A stretch of DNA of 64,000 nt, from IMG/VR virus record IMGVR_UViG_3300021375_000014, positions 1 to 64,000 of that record; one strand, 5' to 3'. Source of the DNA: a virus. Below are positions 57,901 to 64,000 of the stretch, in pieces. The position numbers and the translations under genes were made by a program. Within the stretch, counting starts at the first letter, position 1. Each line of letters begins with the position of its first letter. Under the pieces are notes generated by a model. The model saw only the letters and a program-made list of their open reading frames with translations, made no database searches and was not told where the DNA came from.

Positions 57901-58251
57901 TAGGTTAATAGTATATACATCCGATTTAAATAATCTTCTGTGATCATTTGTAAGTGCGCCTTTATTATACAGTGAGTTTAATAAATCGTCATAAAATACA
58001 TTGTCTCCTATAGCAGTATTTGAGAATACTGGTTCAAAACCGTAATTGTCTCTTTGAAATAGATGCTCTGGAAATGATACATATGCATCGGTTTCACTAT
58101 ACACGCCACGTTCTTTTCTGCCAATAAACGCTTTAGTTTTTTCTATATTACCCTTAGAAAATGCTCTTTCTAATGTAGAGTCAAAAATTGTTTCCAATTC
58201 TTTATTCTGCAGGTGCACTGGTAAGAGATTATAAATTTTATTATTTGCCAT
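48964..58251 (-). CDS. giant virion structural protein (baseplate wedge gp7-like), 3095 aa
   Basis: Follows the gp6-like gene; N-terminal YNLLP, DKFINWELYYW; WEFGDGSP; late KPYHVKLR motif. Confidence 0.75.
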   Translation of the reverse strand: MANNKIYNLLPVHLQNKELETIFDSTLERAFSKGNIEKTKAFIGRKERGVYSETDAYVSFPEHLFQRDNYGFEPVFSNTAIGDNVFYDDLLNSLYNKGALTNDHRRLFKSDVYTINLPVDIDKFINWELYYWIDNGFTSEYALYEFKEYEAGLTGWIKQKPYVLKSNSEYLLAEYLPNSSFGEDGDYAIVIQQSSLVYWKKDSIEGWARVGSDDPGASAFNATDQRPISPTIGDTYVNTNELRITLLKNNQTFVLKDTIYDRWNIDVNPYALRFSDTSVGLLSLIEYRANSQSSTPDWELYDGEEFVFNLGNSNDTHYITIDKNTDRATKTNWWSDRNSWYHYEDIRMYINDDSLPYVKQAKRPIIEFDKNLELSDISSAADAWSVPTFKMYDAELNYLNDYKIFHYVEDEDSIIDMFLSIRALLTPGDYASEFTFNIDMPDNTSFKSGTSYQQLYIKSEFDYRNLRHEYGSATHTQLELLQEPKSSETIDVYVDGIKQIGNYVYDSNRISFSEPVTGYVYVDFTTKDNVFVDGDGAWQRVDPSLEYNPDNLFHNNRNFTFSTVYEHMLRQLSTTIGLTGNPNAVNNYRNIGDNTDKMRNNKYGSVMVRNSIDIKNAYFSITRDDYNPFAAVEYLSVSYNNYKNKLITTIQNILSDAASTSKSDDFILEEAIAAIALVKRENISVFTGSRMINYGSFPTHYITANIDPVVPGSTTQFIPASISTEIVDENNISVYVNGVLNTDVNLINGVEISFGDTVISDGDVIEVRYFKLIQETFIPPSAAKLGISAVYKPRYIIDQEFNTPQTMIVGHDGSKTLCWGDRTDSILLLFEKLVYNRIEQNTKNTTLGNTKYGMYRDSTTEYSLNEKKFTMYPFFKKWMLRNNIDNLYNTDFDVVDYKTWNYRVSNDLSPGYWRGIFQYAYGTDMPLLEPWVTVGYSTIPDGFETNPARYTELEFWNDLKTTYSTTWPIPIDNFGNLKNVNDLFFNSQLSADDTAKMDQDWEFGDGSPIEQAWRRSSEYPFIEFLLSMITKPFEIIDLYASELNGIIRIYHKVEGINTDTITNEQNGYEFKLGSKLGGFVNNFTLSSENSALSNSRYTEIPKDNYDLFIHTGEPNRSESFSAIVIEKVSLDVSYPIYSLSDIQSYRQGDVVYNSSDNRYYKRKIVQPTDKELSTVINFDYNAWTLISQPQVKNYGYRINGYDEFNPQFYSMNWDTTSPAKSWSTLGDEAIINDWQAGSFYTLDSYTVYDGVPYISLSDHTGSAAFNDDLDDYWKRLVSWPRVNQVTATGYKETLPDQIRTHNYGDVLYSLDEIAQLLIGYQDYLNAVGWSFTDTNELGENVDFENLLVKFLDWSAENHDVGEFITLTPILLSGRFSAPYGVASVQRETNKNFYRVLDSAGRQISNTAITFYSDGDAIMWESTIPVYGMKIDIVDVEHAYVVDRVDNYGDIIYDPISHNRNLRMIIDCNRTSDWDGTLSTDGYIVYQNTLIPNFETMVADTKFHRDTIVDQSLSNVNLIKASHIGFTPRAYLSNHLMERESQLEFYKGFISDKGTPGSLNKIVNTNSNFSEVSSNDVWAFKLGEYGNLNRNASVSKNINTALIYRDPFSITYDNQNLFEYKTTRRTTPIKTTGYVDSKDVNYIVRNSTILETTVSENYYEGDLAWIQFDNLRDWDVRKLSEVSEISYIGETEDSQLYIVVTSSIDTTETVYLRIINEEIDPELNGYYNIVDDGTESFDGITVYKYLVFDTDFEPVTVEIDASSQNSIFVPTSENAGVEAISLNSNVQIIEGEVLVIDGNSYTYIEDTISTTDITIGGADATSNPIVTSGEQISIIVYDQNDIIKNTNTLITFSGNSIHATNNVTSNDGDSITINDVALVVEATDNGTIEATSTLTTEDNISSGSELSVQVGSAASSSYVIQDITVTGTVVSPTFDETKSIQINGQTIAFVYSGTTITLTDIVDTINIASADVSAQDIGNVLVLTSSAPSVTIQGQAAIELGLITATPYTETKLGNLAEQINLQDDVTANINVDKLVISTLLPTMTLGGNEFSLFGFPSTTYQSELPPTAASIAQQINDLSIPDVNATVETGKLKIISIGSTLVVSDPLNNGSMVRLGFTSNTITSNMLDNIVDDINSILSLETNLVASIAFVDRLLISGDEFKVIISDVTGNPLDDLGISEGEYLTSGLANSSLLTFRDIINQQSSTLTASISSDGRFIITSPALQLSFAGTSQNLLDKIGFYTEYTSVTSNANFKVMRWKSVRFTPGYNGATFDEFYNDLGLNTASKIWADSYPGLNDWAVLNRTAIGNIEIVNRKANEVDVSNVNRVIVTDGEEHIIHTLYDPLNLKLPGKVMKDIDYVDWNDPAKYDEYLSNDLWLEEHLGEIWWDTTSTRFYRYNDYGDANGNISVEYAMRNWGKIVDGSVVEIKQWVKNNVLPVGITWFNQEKEWDPVKNKEVTTYYYWTSIGTLPRYEKEYSTDEIKMIIETGQIKHKFIPIDNNTIILNYNSRSLNSTITVTTEYSIASNNQGRHDDWELLSRESTKPIMSKYLEDFKNSIADSKIENLKQIIIDYPNLDNDGALLSIDFLLDLSPENLAISVNNEFLELTNFNLNGTELRINNTFNVIVGDVVRVYQVGAISNSWYKNLTNARNNFSTVVNTMLGTVLIETEYPFYKDYIKLNHYIFNSIDWYKHPDYKEITQFEYLSNTRDIDMISMFNSGIRSFGVVNPEYEEVYFGYGSPEEITMVNKINGALNIDFNNIAIPGQTGNANTISQYYTNVINVQVHEFINMLYSYSENKVIKDLFFDMLSYMYTEREHPEWLFKTSYIDLILMNKPLRQYAIYQNDTFDDTIEYVLEAKPYHVKLRNTDRIYPLSETVNADVDSSHHMNLKIDLGGDYSRYDYNTYDGGIAPDDDHPNIADGSYEQGALLRHPYEVTATKGGIDTGLVDSRILESAIVRVDEYDSSIVGGIGTAVIDKRSFIVYDRLGRGHFMHSIDTDTVVAVTNDHGYRNIEIADETKFKHAIANTVYLIIVENAENKLEFMHYNKKDGSVLQINERGLFNGTCLDIQVGDTVHIVSNIETIQFMAEQVDKHII

Positions 58252-58254
58252 TTT

Positions 58255-61200
58255 TTATTCGCCCAATAATTCTGATGCTACTATACTGGATATAATTTTA
58301 ACATCTGAAGATGTTGTTATACTCAAGAATATTTCTGTAGGTTCACTAGTAATACTTAGCAAGTTTGCAAACTCGCTTGTTTGATATTTTGGTGTAATTA
58401 CAACTGAAGAAATATGATTAGGTAATGATGTGTGAATGTAAGATGCTAATTCCGAGAAGTAGAATGTTTCGCCAAAATCCCAATTGTCTATATCAAAGAA
58501 AGTATTAACTGCATTTGCTACTGCAGTTTTTATTTCACTATCGCTATACGATGTGCCTGATTTTTTAACAACTTTGAACACTGTTTGGTTTTCGGGTGCT
58601 GCAAAAGAGCCAAAGAGATATTTAAACTTAACCGGTATATAACTTATATGATCTGATATACTTGCTTTGGAATTAATACCTTTCATGATATTAGTTAGTT
58701 CATAATTATTGGGAGGCAAAGGAACTACATCTGAGAATCCGCCATCTATCCAAGCATTTACTCTTCTGACATAATCTGTACTTAATATATACATATCAAT
58801 GATATTACTTGTACTTGGATCAATTCTCTTATCGATATCAGCATAGTGATCCCATCTGAATGTCATGAATTTATCTTCGACATAACTTCTACCTATAACA
58901 ATTCTATATTGATTGCCAGCATAAATTATTTTATCCTTTTCGGGTGAGTTTACTAGTGTATATTGATTGGCGGGTAGTTCTTCCCATCCTTCGCCAGATC
59001 GTCTTTGCCACTCACCTTCATTAATATCAAGATCATTACTTTCTATATAGAATCTTATTATTGCGGTTTCAGGTATTCTATCTGACTGCGCTTGATTTGT
59101 AGCTACAATTCGATCACTAACACGTTCATATTGAATGCCATCAACATCAGTATATTGTTCTAAAACGATGTGAGAGAATTCAACTTCTGATGTATCTCCC
59201 AATTCAGGATTATCGACATTATCAATATTAGTAAATACTTGCAGCATACCATGTGGATTACGATCAATATCAACACTCGTTAATTTAACTTTTGTATAGT
59301 CAACGTAGCCAGCGGGTGTTAAATATGAATCATATACATATGACTCTACATCCGCATATGCTTGTAGTCTATCAGAACCTTTTGGCGATAGAGTGCGCTC
59401 TACCCGTACTAAGAAATCTGAAATTTCAGCAGTGCCGCCAATACTTCTAATATTAATAATTGAACCTACTCCTGGATCAACTGTCCAGAAAATAATTTTA
59501 TAAGATCCATTATTCTGTATTACTTCACAGTCAGTTAAATTAATTTGATTGTTATTAACATCGGTCAATATTAAATTATTTAAATTAATATTATCTGCTG
59601 GAAAGTTTATTTCGCCGAATGCGAATTGTTTCCAATATACATCATCATCTGGATTATCCGGATCGGTTCCATCTAGATTATGATTTCTTATTGACCAGCC
59701 ACTAGCAGTCATATCTGTAAAAGTAAATTCATAATTAGCGCCGTCAAATGATCTACCGAACTCAGTTTGTACACCAGTATCACCTGATTCTGCGGTGTCT
59801 ATTGTTTTACCAGATGGCAATTCGGATGTGTCTACCCACGCAAAATTATTAGGATATGCAAGATCAAAATATGCATTAGTTAGGTTGCCTTTAAAACCTT
59901 GGTTTTCAAATTCAAGTGGTGTATAGGTACTGGTGTATGTAAAACCGTCAGGAATATTACCACTATCATCAATTGTCACAATCGTAGTTGAATATACATA
60001 TTCATCACTATTTTCTACATCACTATTGTCATCATAATCATTTAGAGTTAATAAGTCACTCAGATTATCTTTATCATAACTAACTGTGTATTCAGGTGTT
60101 TCACCGATAACAGTATCAGATGACGGGGCAACTGGAGCAATTGGATATTCAACGCCTAAAGGTGATATAAGTTTATGTTGCGTACTATTAACGGTATACA
60201 TTTCAGAATTATTAACAAAGTCATGTGTAATAACTGCTCCAGTTGAAGAAAAATCTGCATCAAATGTAACAGTATTATCGCCGGGCACTACTATATTACT
60301 AAGTTGTGCAGTACCTATATTAATTAATTCATCAAGTCCTGACGAACTGTCATTTGCTAGGGTAGTATAATATTTCAAAAATAGTTTATCTCGTTCTGCA
60401 AGACTAGTTTCATTATCTACAACCAATTTGTTATTATTATAAAAGAATTTTACTTGTTTTTTACTATCAAAAACTATTTTCTTACCTGTAAATCTAGCAA
60501 CATATTCTGCTTCATTTTCTCTGACGCCTGGAATATATGTGAATTCTATATATACATCTTTTCCTTCAACTAATGCAACATCATTTACTTCATCGTGTAA
60601 TTTCCATTCCCAAACAGATGTATTACTTTTAGGTACATACTTTATGATAAAGCTCTGAATTGACAAGTCTTCTATTTTATTAATTTTAATATTTTTAATT
60701 TCATCTGCTTCGAAACGTGATCTATATGCACGTACTATTTTTTCAATACTACCAGCAGTTTCGGGTAGAAGATTTTCAATAAAATATGAATCAACTGCTG
60801 ATCCAGCAACGCTACTTTCAATATTTTTAATTTTAGTCCAGGATAATTCTTTTTCATTCGCACTCTGGGTTAAAATATGATCACCAGGATATAGAAATAC
60901 TGTGCCTAATGTGTTCGATGATACTGTATCAATTATACTAGCATTAGTACTACGCACTGTAAAATTCAATGATGGTGTTAATATGGTAGATGCTGGATTA
61001 TACATATTTTCGAAATAATATAGATTCATCAGACTAGGATGCTTTAATACTTCAGTAATTTTGTTTCTAATGAAATTATCAATTTGTCCATTCTGTCGAT
61101 TAAAACTTAGATTCATTGAAATAATATCATCTTCCAAGAATATACTACCATCTGTGCCAGTCGCACTTAGATTACTGTGATTCCCAGTAACATCGTCCAT

Positions 61201-62598
61201 TTCAAAGAAACGGGATTTGCCAGAGAATGTAGTATTAATTGCTTTTGATTTTGATATAACATTTGCACCAAGAGTAAGAGGATATATATTATAATCCTGT
61301 GCGTTTACCATTCTGTCTTGTGCGTAATATGCTCTTGGTGCAATACGTCTAACACTTTCAAATGTTTCAGCGGCATAGTTTTCACTAAAGTCACTTGTTG
61401 TGGTCATTGTTATTGTTAGATCATATGGACGGTCATCACCGCCAATATATGGTATAGTAATTGCAACTTCTGATATATCGTTTGCATTAACCGTGAAATT
61501 TACATTTTCTGTTTGTCTGTACCAAATACGATAATTTCCATATGCAGCATTACCAAATATACCATCGGGAAAATTAATTGCGATACTATTGTCAATATTG
61601 GTAGTAACACTTGCTAGATCGCCACTACCGGTTCTTAATGAATTATATATAGCAGTTTCTCTACTATCATTATCGACTTTTGTTACAGTGGATGTATAAT
61701 TTCTATTGCTATCTGTACGTTGAATCCAAACGTCTGTGTTCGATATATCAATAACATCAATATTTTGTGTTCTATTAGATAATTTCAAATCATATGTATA
61801 ATCATTAAAGTTCATTTCACCGGCTTTTGCATATACAAAAAATCCAGTTCGGTCACTGGCTGGTCCTAGATTATCATTACGATTAATAATTGTGAAGTTT
61901 TTAGAAGATCTGGGTTCTGCTTCGCCAATAATTTCATCTACTATCTCTACTTTAGTAGTTTCGAATTTTCTATTACTGCCAGCAATGGTTGCATTAAAAG
62001 GATAATTAAAACGTTTAACCTGTGGATTTTCATTAATTTCATATATATTATTTTCGATGTTTAGAATATTTAGAGTTGCTATTGGGTCTTGAATTTTAGA
62101 ATTTTTAGAAAACGATGAGTCTAATATTGTTATAAAGTTTTCATACCAATCAGCGTTATTTGCATCATTCCAATTGACTGTGGTATTTGCTAAAGAATTG
62201 CCTTCATTATCTGCTACATCTTGATTTGTGGTGACACTAGTAATTTTCATATAACCACGTGCATTGATAGGCCGAGTTTTAATATAACCTAAATTCTTTG
62301 CCATTCGAAGAATTGATTCACGGCGTTCTGCAGTATCTAAGAAATTTTCACGGGTATTCATATCCAATCTAAAAGATAATGAATGACCTAGATAAGCAAC
62401 CAAGTCTAAGATTGCAATAAACTCAGAACTAGCAATAAAATCATTGAATTTATCAGGGTATGTTTGCTGTACATAAGCAAGTAATGCTTCACGTATTGTA
62501 TCAAAATCATATGCTTTGAGACTAATATTACTATAGGCAGTATAAACTGCACTCCAACTTTCACTGGCGAATAAGTTATCAACTCTTTCTTGGCTCAT
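58255..62598 (-). CDS. baseplate wedge subunit (T4 gp6-like), 1447 aa
   Basis: YDFDTIRE, DFIASSE, RENFLDTAERRESILRMAKNLGY, FPDGIFG, ETFESVRRIAP..Y.QDRMVNAQDY. Confidence 0.88.
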   Translation of the reverse strand: MSQERVDNLFASESWSAVYTAYSNISLKAYDFDTIREALLAYVQQTYPDKFNDFIASSEFIAILDLVAYLGHSLSFRLDMNTRENFLDTAERRESILRMAKNLGYIKTRPINARGYMKITSVTTNQDVADNEGNSLANTTVNWNDANNADWYENFITILDSSFSKNSKIQDPIATLNILNIENNIYEINENPQVKRFNYPFNATIAGSNRKFETTKVEIVDEIIGEAEPRSSKNFTIINRNDNLGPASDRTGFFVYAKAGEMNFNDYTYDLKLSNRTQNIDVIDISNTDVWIQRTDSNRNYTSTVTKVDNDSRETAIYNSLRTGSGDLASVTTNIDNSIAINFPDGIFGNAAYGNYRIWYRQTENVNFTVNANDISEVAITIPYIGGDDRPYDLTITMTTTSDFSENYAAETFESVRRIAPRAYYAQDRMVNAQDYNIYPLTLGANVISKSKAINTTFSGKSRFFEMDDVTGNHSNLSATGTDGSIFLEDDIISMNLSFNRQNGQIDNFIRNKITEVLKHPSLMNLYYFENMYNPASTILTPSLNFTVRSTNASIIDTVSSNTLGTVFLYPGDHILTQSANEKELSWTKIKNIESSVAGSAVDSYFIENLLPETAGSIEKIVRAYRSRFEADEIKNIKINKIEDLSIQSFIIKYVPKSNTSVWEWKLHDEVNDVALVEGKDVYIEFTYIPGVRENEAEYVARFTGKKIVFDSKKQVKFFYNNNKLVVDNETSLAERDKLFLKYYTTLANDSSSGLDELINIGTAQLSNIVVPGDNTVTFDADFSSTGAVITHDFVNNSEMYTVNSTQHKLISPLGVEYPIAPVAPSSDTVIGETPEYTVSYDKDNLSDLLTLNDYDDNSDVENSDEYVYSTTIVTIDDSGNIPDGFTYTSTYTPLEFENQGFKGNLTNAYFDLAYPNNFAWVDTSELPSGKTIDTAESGDTGVQTEFGRSFDGANYEFTFTDMTASGWSIRNHNLDGTDPDNPDDDVYWKQFAFGEINFPADNINLNNLILTDVNNNQINLTDCEVIQNNGSYKIIFWTVDPGVGSIINIRSIGGTAEISDFLVRVERTLSPKGSDRLQAYADVESYVYDSYLTPAGYVDYTKVKLTSVDIDRNPHGMLQVFTNIDNVDNPELGDTSEVEFSHIVLEQYTDVDGIQYERVSDRIVATNQAQSDRIPETAIIRFYIESNDLDINEGEWQRRSGEGWEELPANQYTLVNSPEKDKIIYAGNQYRIVIGRSYVEDKFMTFRWDHYADIDKRIDPSTSNIIDMYILSTDYVRRVNAWIDGGFSDVVPLPPNNYELTNIMKGINSKASISDHISYIPVKFKYLFGSFAAPENQTVFKVVKKSGTSYSDSEIKTAVANAVNTFFDIDNWDFGETFYFSELASYIHTSLPNHISSVVITPKYQTSEFANLLSITSEPTEIFLSITTSSDVKIISSIVASELLGE

Positions 62599-62599
62599 T

Positions 62600-62959
62600 T
62601 TATTCTCTTTCTAAATTTACTGTAAGTTCAACTTGTTCACCAGTTGGAATAATAGAAACTGATAATTTTATGTTTAAACTGTGGTCATCGTCTGTTATAT
62701 TAAGAGTGTTAATCATTACTCTAGGATCTTCATCTATTATAGAATTTATATCAATGTCAATCAAATCTTTAATTTCCGGCGTCAATGGTTCAAAAATTAA
62801 ATCATGAATGATACTGCCATATGTTGGCATCATAACACGCTCGCCTTTGCGCGTCATTAAATGATTCATTAAATCTTCAATAATCAAATCTTTGCCATAA
62901 AGATTATGATTTATTGCTTTTTTATTTTTTGTACTAAATCCTGCAAAATTAACTGCCAT
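62600..62959 (-). CDS. baseplate wedge protein (T4 gp25/GPW-like)
   Basis: DLMNHLMTRKGERVMMPTYGSIIHDLIFEP, DEDPRV; start probably 62959. Confidence 0.88.
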   Translation of the reverse strand: MAVNFAGFSTKNKKAINHNLYGKDLIIEDLMNHLMTRKGERVMMPTYGSIIHDLIFEPLTPEIKDLIDIDINSIIDEDPRVMINTLNITDDDHSLNIKLSVSIIPTGEQVELTVNLERE

Positions 62960-62992
62960 TGGTTCTCTCAATTTTTAATATTTCGTTAAGAG

Positions 62993-63000
62993 TATTTATC
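62993..63000 (-). promoter_or_regulatory. putative late promoter GATAAATA for the baseplate operon
   Basis: ATGATAAATACT upstream of the gp25-like gene. Confidence 0.65.
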
Positions 63001-63033
63001 ATCGTATAAACTACGTATATTTAGAAAAAGTAC

Positions 63034-63062
63034 TTGACAATTAATAATTTTTACTATACTAT
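63034..63062 (+). promoter_or_regulatory. sigma70-type promoter
   Basis: TTGACA(63034)-N17-TACTAT(63057). Confidence 0.7.
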
Positions 63063-63084
63063 GAATATAATAGGAGTATTATCG

Positions 63085-63294
63085 ATGACTGATAAAAATA
63101 AAATAATACCACTTAATATTTTTAAGAAAAGTAAAGATCGTGATGTATCATTAATGCAAACAATAACTACAGAAGAAATGTTTCGATTGGAAATAAATGA
63201 ACTTCAGAAAAATTTATATGCAGCCTATGATCGAATTACAGAACTAAATGAAGAAATACGAAAACTTAAATCTACAAAAACAAACAAGGAATAA
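63085..63294 (+). CDS. small coiled-coil hypothetical protein
   Basis: AGGAG RBS before ATG 63085; heptad EINELQKNLYAAYDRITEL. Confidence 0.7.
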   Translation: MTDKNKIIPLNIFKKSKDRDVSLMQTITTEEMFRLEINELQKNLYAAYDRITELNEEIRKLKSTKTNKE

Positions 63295-63297
63295 TTA

Positions 63298-63894
63298 ATG
63301 CCAAATCTAGTACCAATGGTTGTAGACCAATCTGCGAATGGTGAACGAAGTTATGATATCTTTTCACGGCTTCTTAAGGAACGTGTACTGTTTTTAACAG
63401 GAGAAGTCAATGACTATCAAGCAGATTTACTTTGTGCACAATTTCTATTTTTAGAAAGCGAAAATCCAGAAAAAGATATTCACTTTTACATCAACTCTCC
63501 TGGCGGAGTAGTGACTGCTGGCATGGCGATTTATGATACTATGCAATTTATTAAGCCAGATGTTAGTACAACGGTCATGGGACAAGCGTGTTCAATGGGA
63601 TCACTATTAGCGACTGCTGGTGCACCAGGAAAAAGATATATTCTGCCTAATGCAAGACATATGATTCATCAACCCAGTGGCGGGGCAGGTGGTCAAGCAA
63701 CTGATATGGAAATTCAAGTTAAAGAAATCTTGAAAATGAAACGTTCACTAACTGAAATTTATGTTAAACATAATAGTTCTGGAAAAACACTTGATGAAAT
63801 GCTGGCAGCAATGGAACGTGATAATTTTATGGATCCACAAGAGGCACTAGCGTATGGTTTGGTAGACCAAGTTATAGAACAACGACCCGTTTAG
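63298..63894 (+). CDS. clpP: ATP-dependent Clp protease proteolytic subunit
   Basis: [29 protein letters not shown] (Ser), MIHQP (His), MERDNF (Asp). Confidence 0.97.
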   Translation: MPNLVPMVVDQSANGERSYDIFSRLLKERVLFLTGEVNDYQADLLCAQFLFLESENPEKDIHFYINSPGGVVTAGMAIYDTMQFIKPDVSTTVMGQACSMGSLLATAGAPGKRYILPNARHMIHQPSGGAGGQATDMEIQVKEILKMKRSLTEIYVKHNSSGKTLDEMLAAMERDNFMDPQEALAYGLVDQVIEQRPV

Positions 63895-63942
63895 CTAAAT
63901 CCAGGAACGTAACTAAACATTTTTGCAGTCTGAATTCTTAAA

Positions 63943-63975
63943 GCGGCAAGTCGGTGATCGACTTTGCCGTTTTTT
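63943..63975 (+). terminator. intrinsic terminator
   Basis: GCGGCAAGTCG-gtgat-CGACTTTGCCGT followed by a T-run. Confidence 0.75.
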
Positions 63976-64000
63976 CTTTTAATATTACTCTGTATTTCAT

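Noticed and set aside
3980-60370. Numerous antisense or nested ORFs in the track (e.g. 3980..4531, 6421..6849, 27889..28299, 43323..43505, 60086..60370)
   Set aside because: They lie opposite or inside well-supported genes, lack RBSs or motifs, and look like shadow frames.
1-64000. Stop-codon reassignment, tRNA/rRNA genes, integrase or IS elements
   Set aside because: TAA, TAG and TGA all end well-supported genes and long ORFs are intact in the standard code. No cloverleaf, rRNA or transposase signature was seen by eye; tRNAscan-SE would be decisive for tRNAs.

Overview
This is an AT-rich segment of a large lytic myovirus (jumbo-phage-like, distantly T4-related), probably infecting an alphaproteobacterium. 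The host call is inferred from ClpP, SbmA/BacA and GANTC-containing promoters. (1) 1-15.4 kb, + strand: a 5'-truncated autotransporter-like outer-membrane protein with a 39-bp coding repeat, a probable sliding clamp, RNase H/5'-3' exonuclease, eukaryote-type phosphomannomutase, a ClpP-fold membrane protein, an SbmA/BacA transporter, a MoxR AAA+/VWA pair, an HNH nuclease and ThyA. (2) 15.4-47.1 kb, - strand: a ~32-kb tailoring cluster with 12 radical SAM enzymes in 4 subtypes (one B12-dependent, one domain-permuted), 2 QueC-like ATP pyrophosphatases, 2 methyltransferase-like proteins, 4 glycosyltransferase-like proteins, an O-carbamoyltransferase, 2 SGNH-like proteins, a sulfotransferase-like protein, a cytidylyltransferase and two unannotated micro-ORFs. 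A small + strand early-gene island interrupts it. (3) 47.2-63 kb, - strand: virion/baseplate genes (3095-aa protein, gp6-like, gp25-like). (4) clpP on the + strand. The two strongest candidates for undescribed biology are the radical SAM/glycan-tailoring mega-cluster next to the baseplate operon, and five early promoters carrying CGAATCR at a fixed position between -35 and -10. CGAATCR is the reverse complement of YGATTCG, which fits the CcrM/GcrA extended motif, so the phage may be wired into the host's methylation-dependent cell-cycle regulation. No tRNA, rRNA or CRISPR array was seen. All product calls come from motif recognition by eye; no database searches were run.
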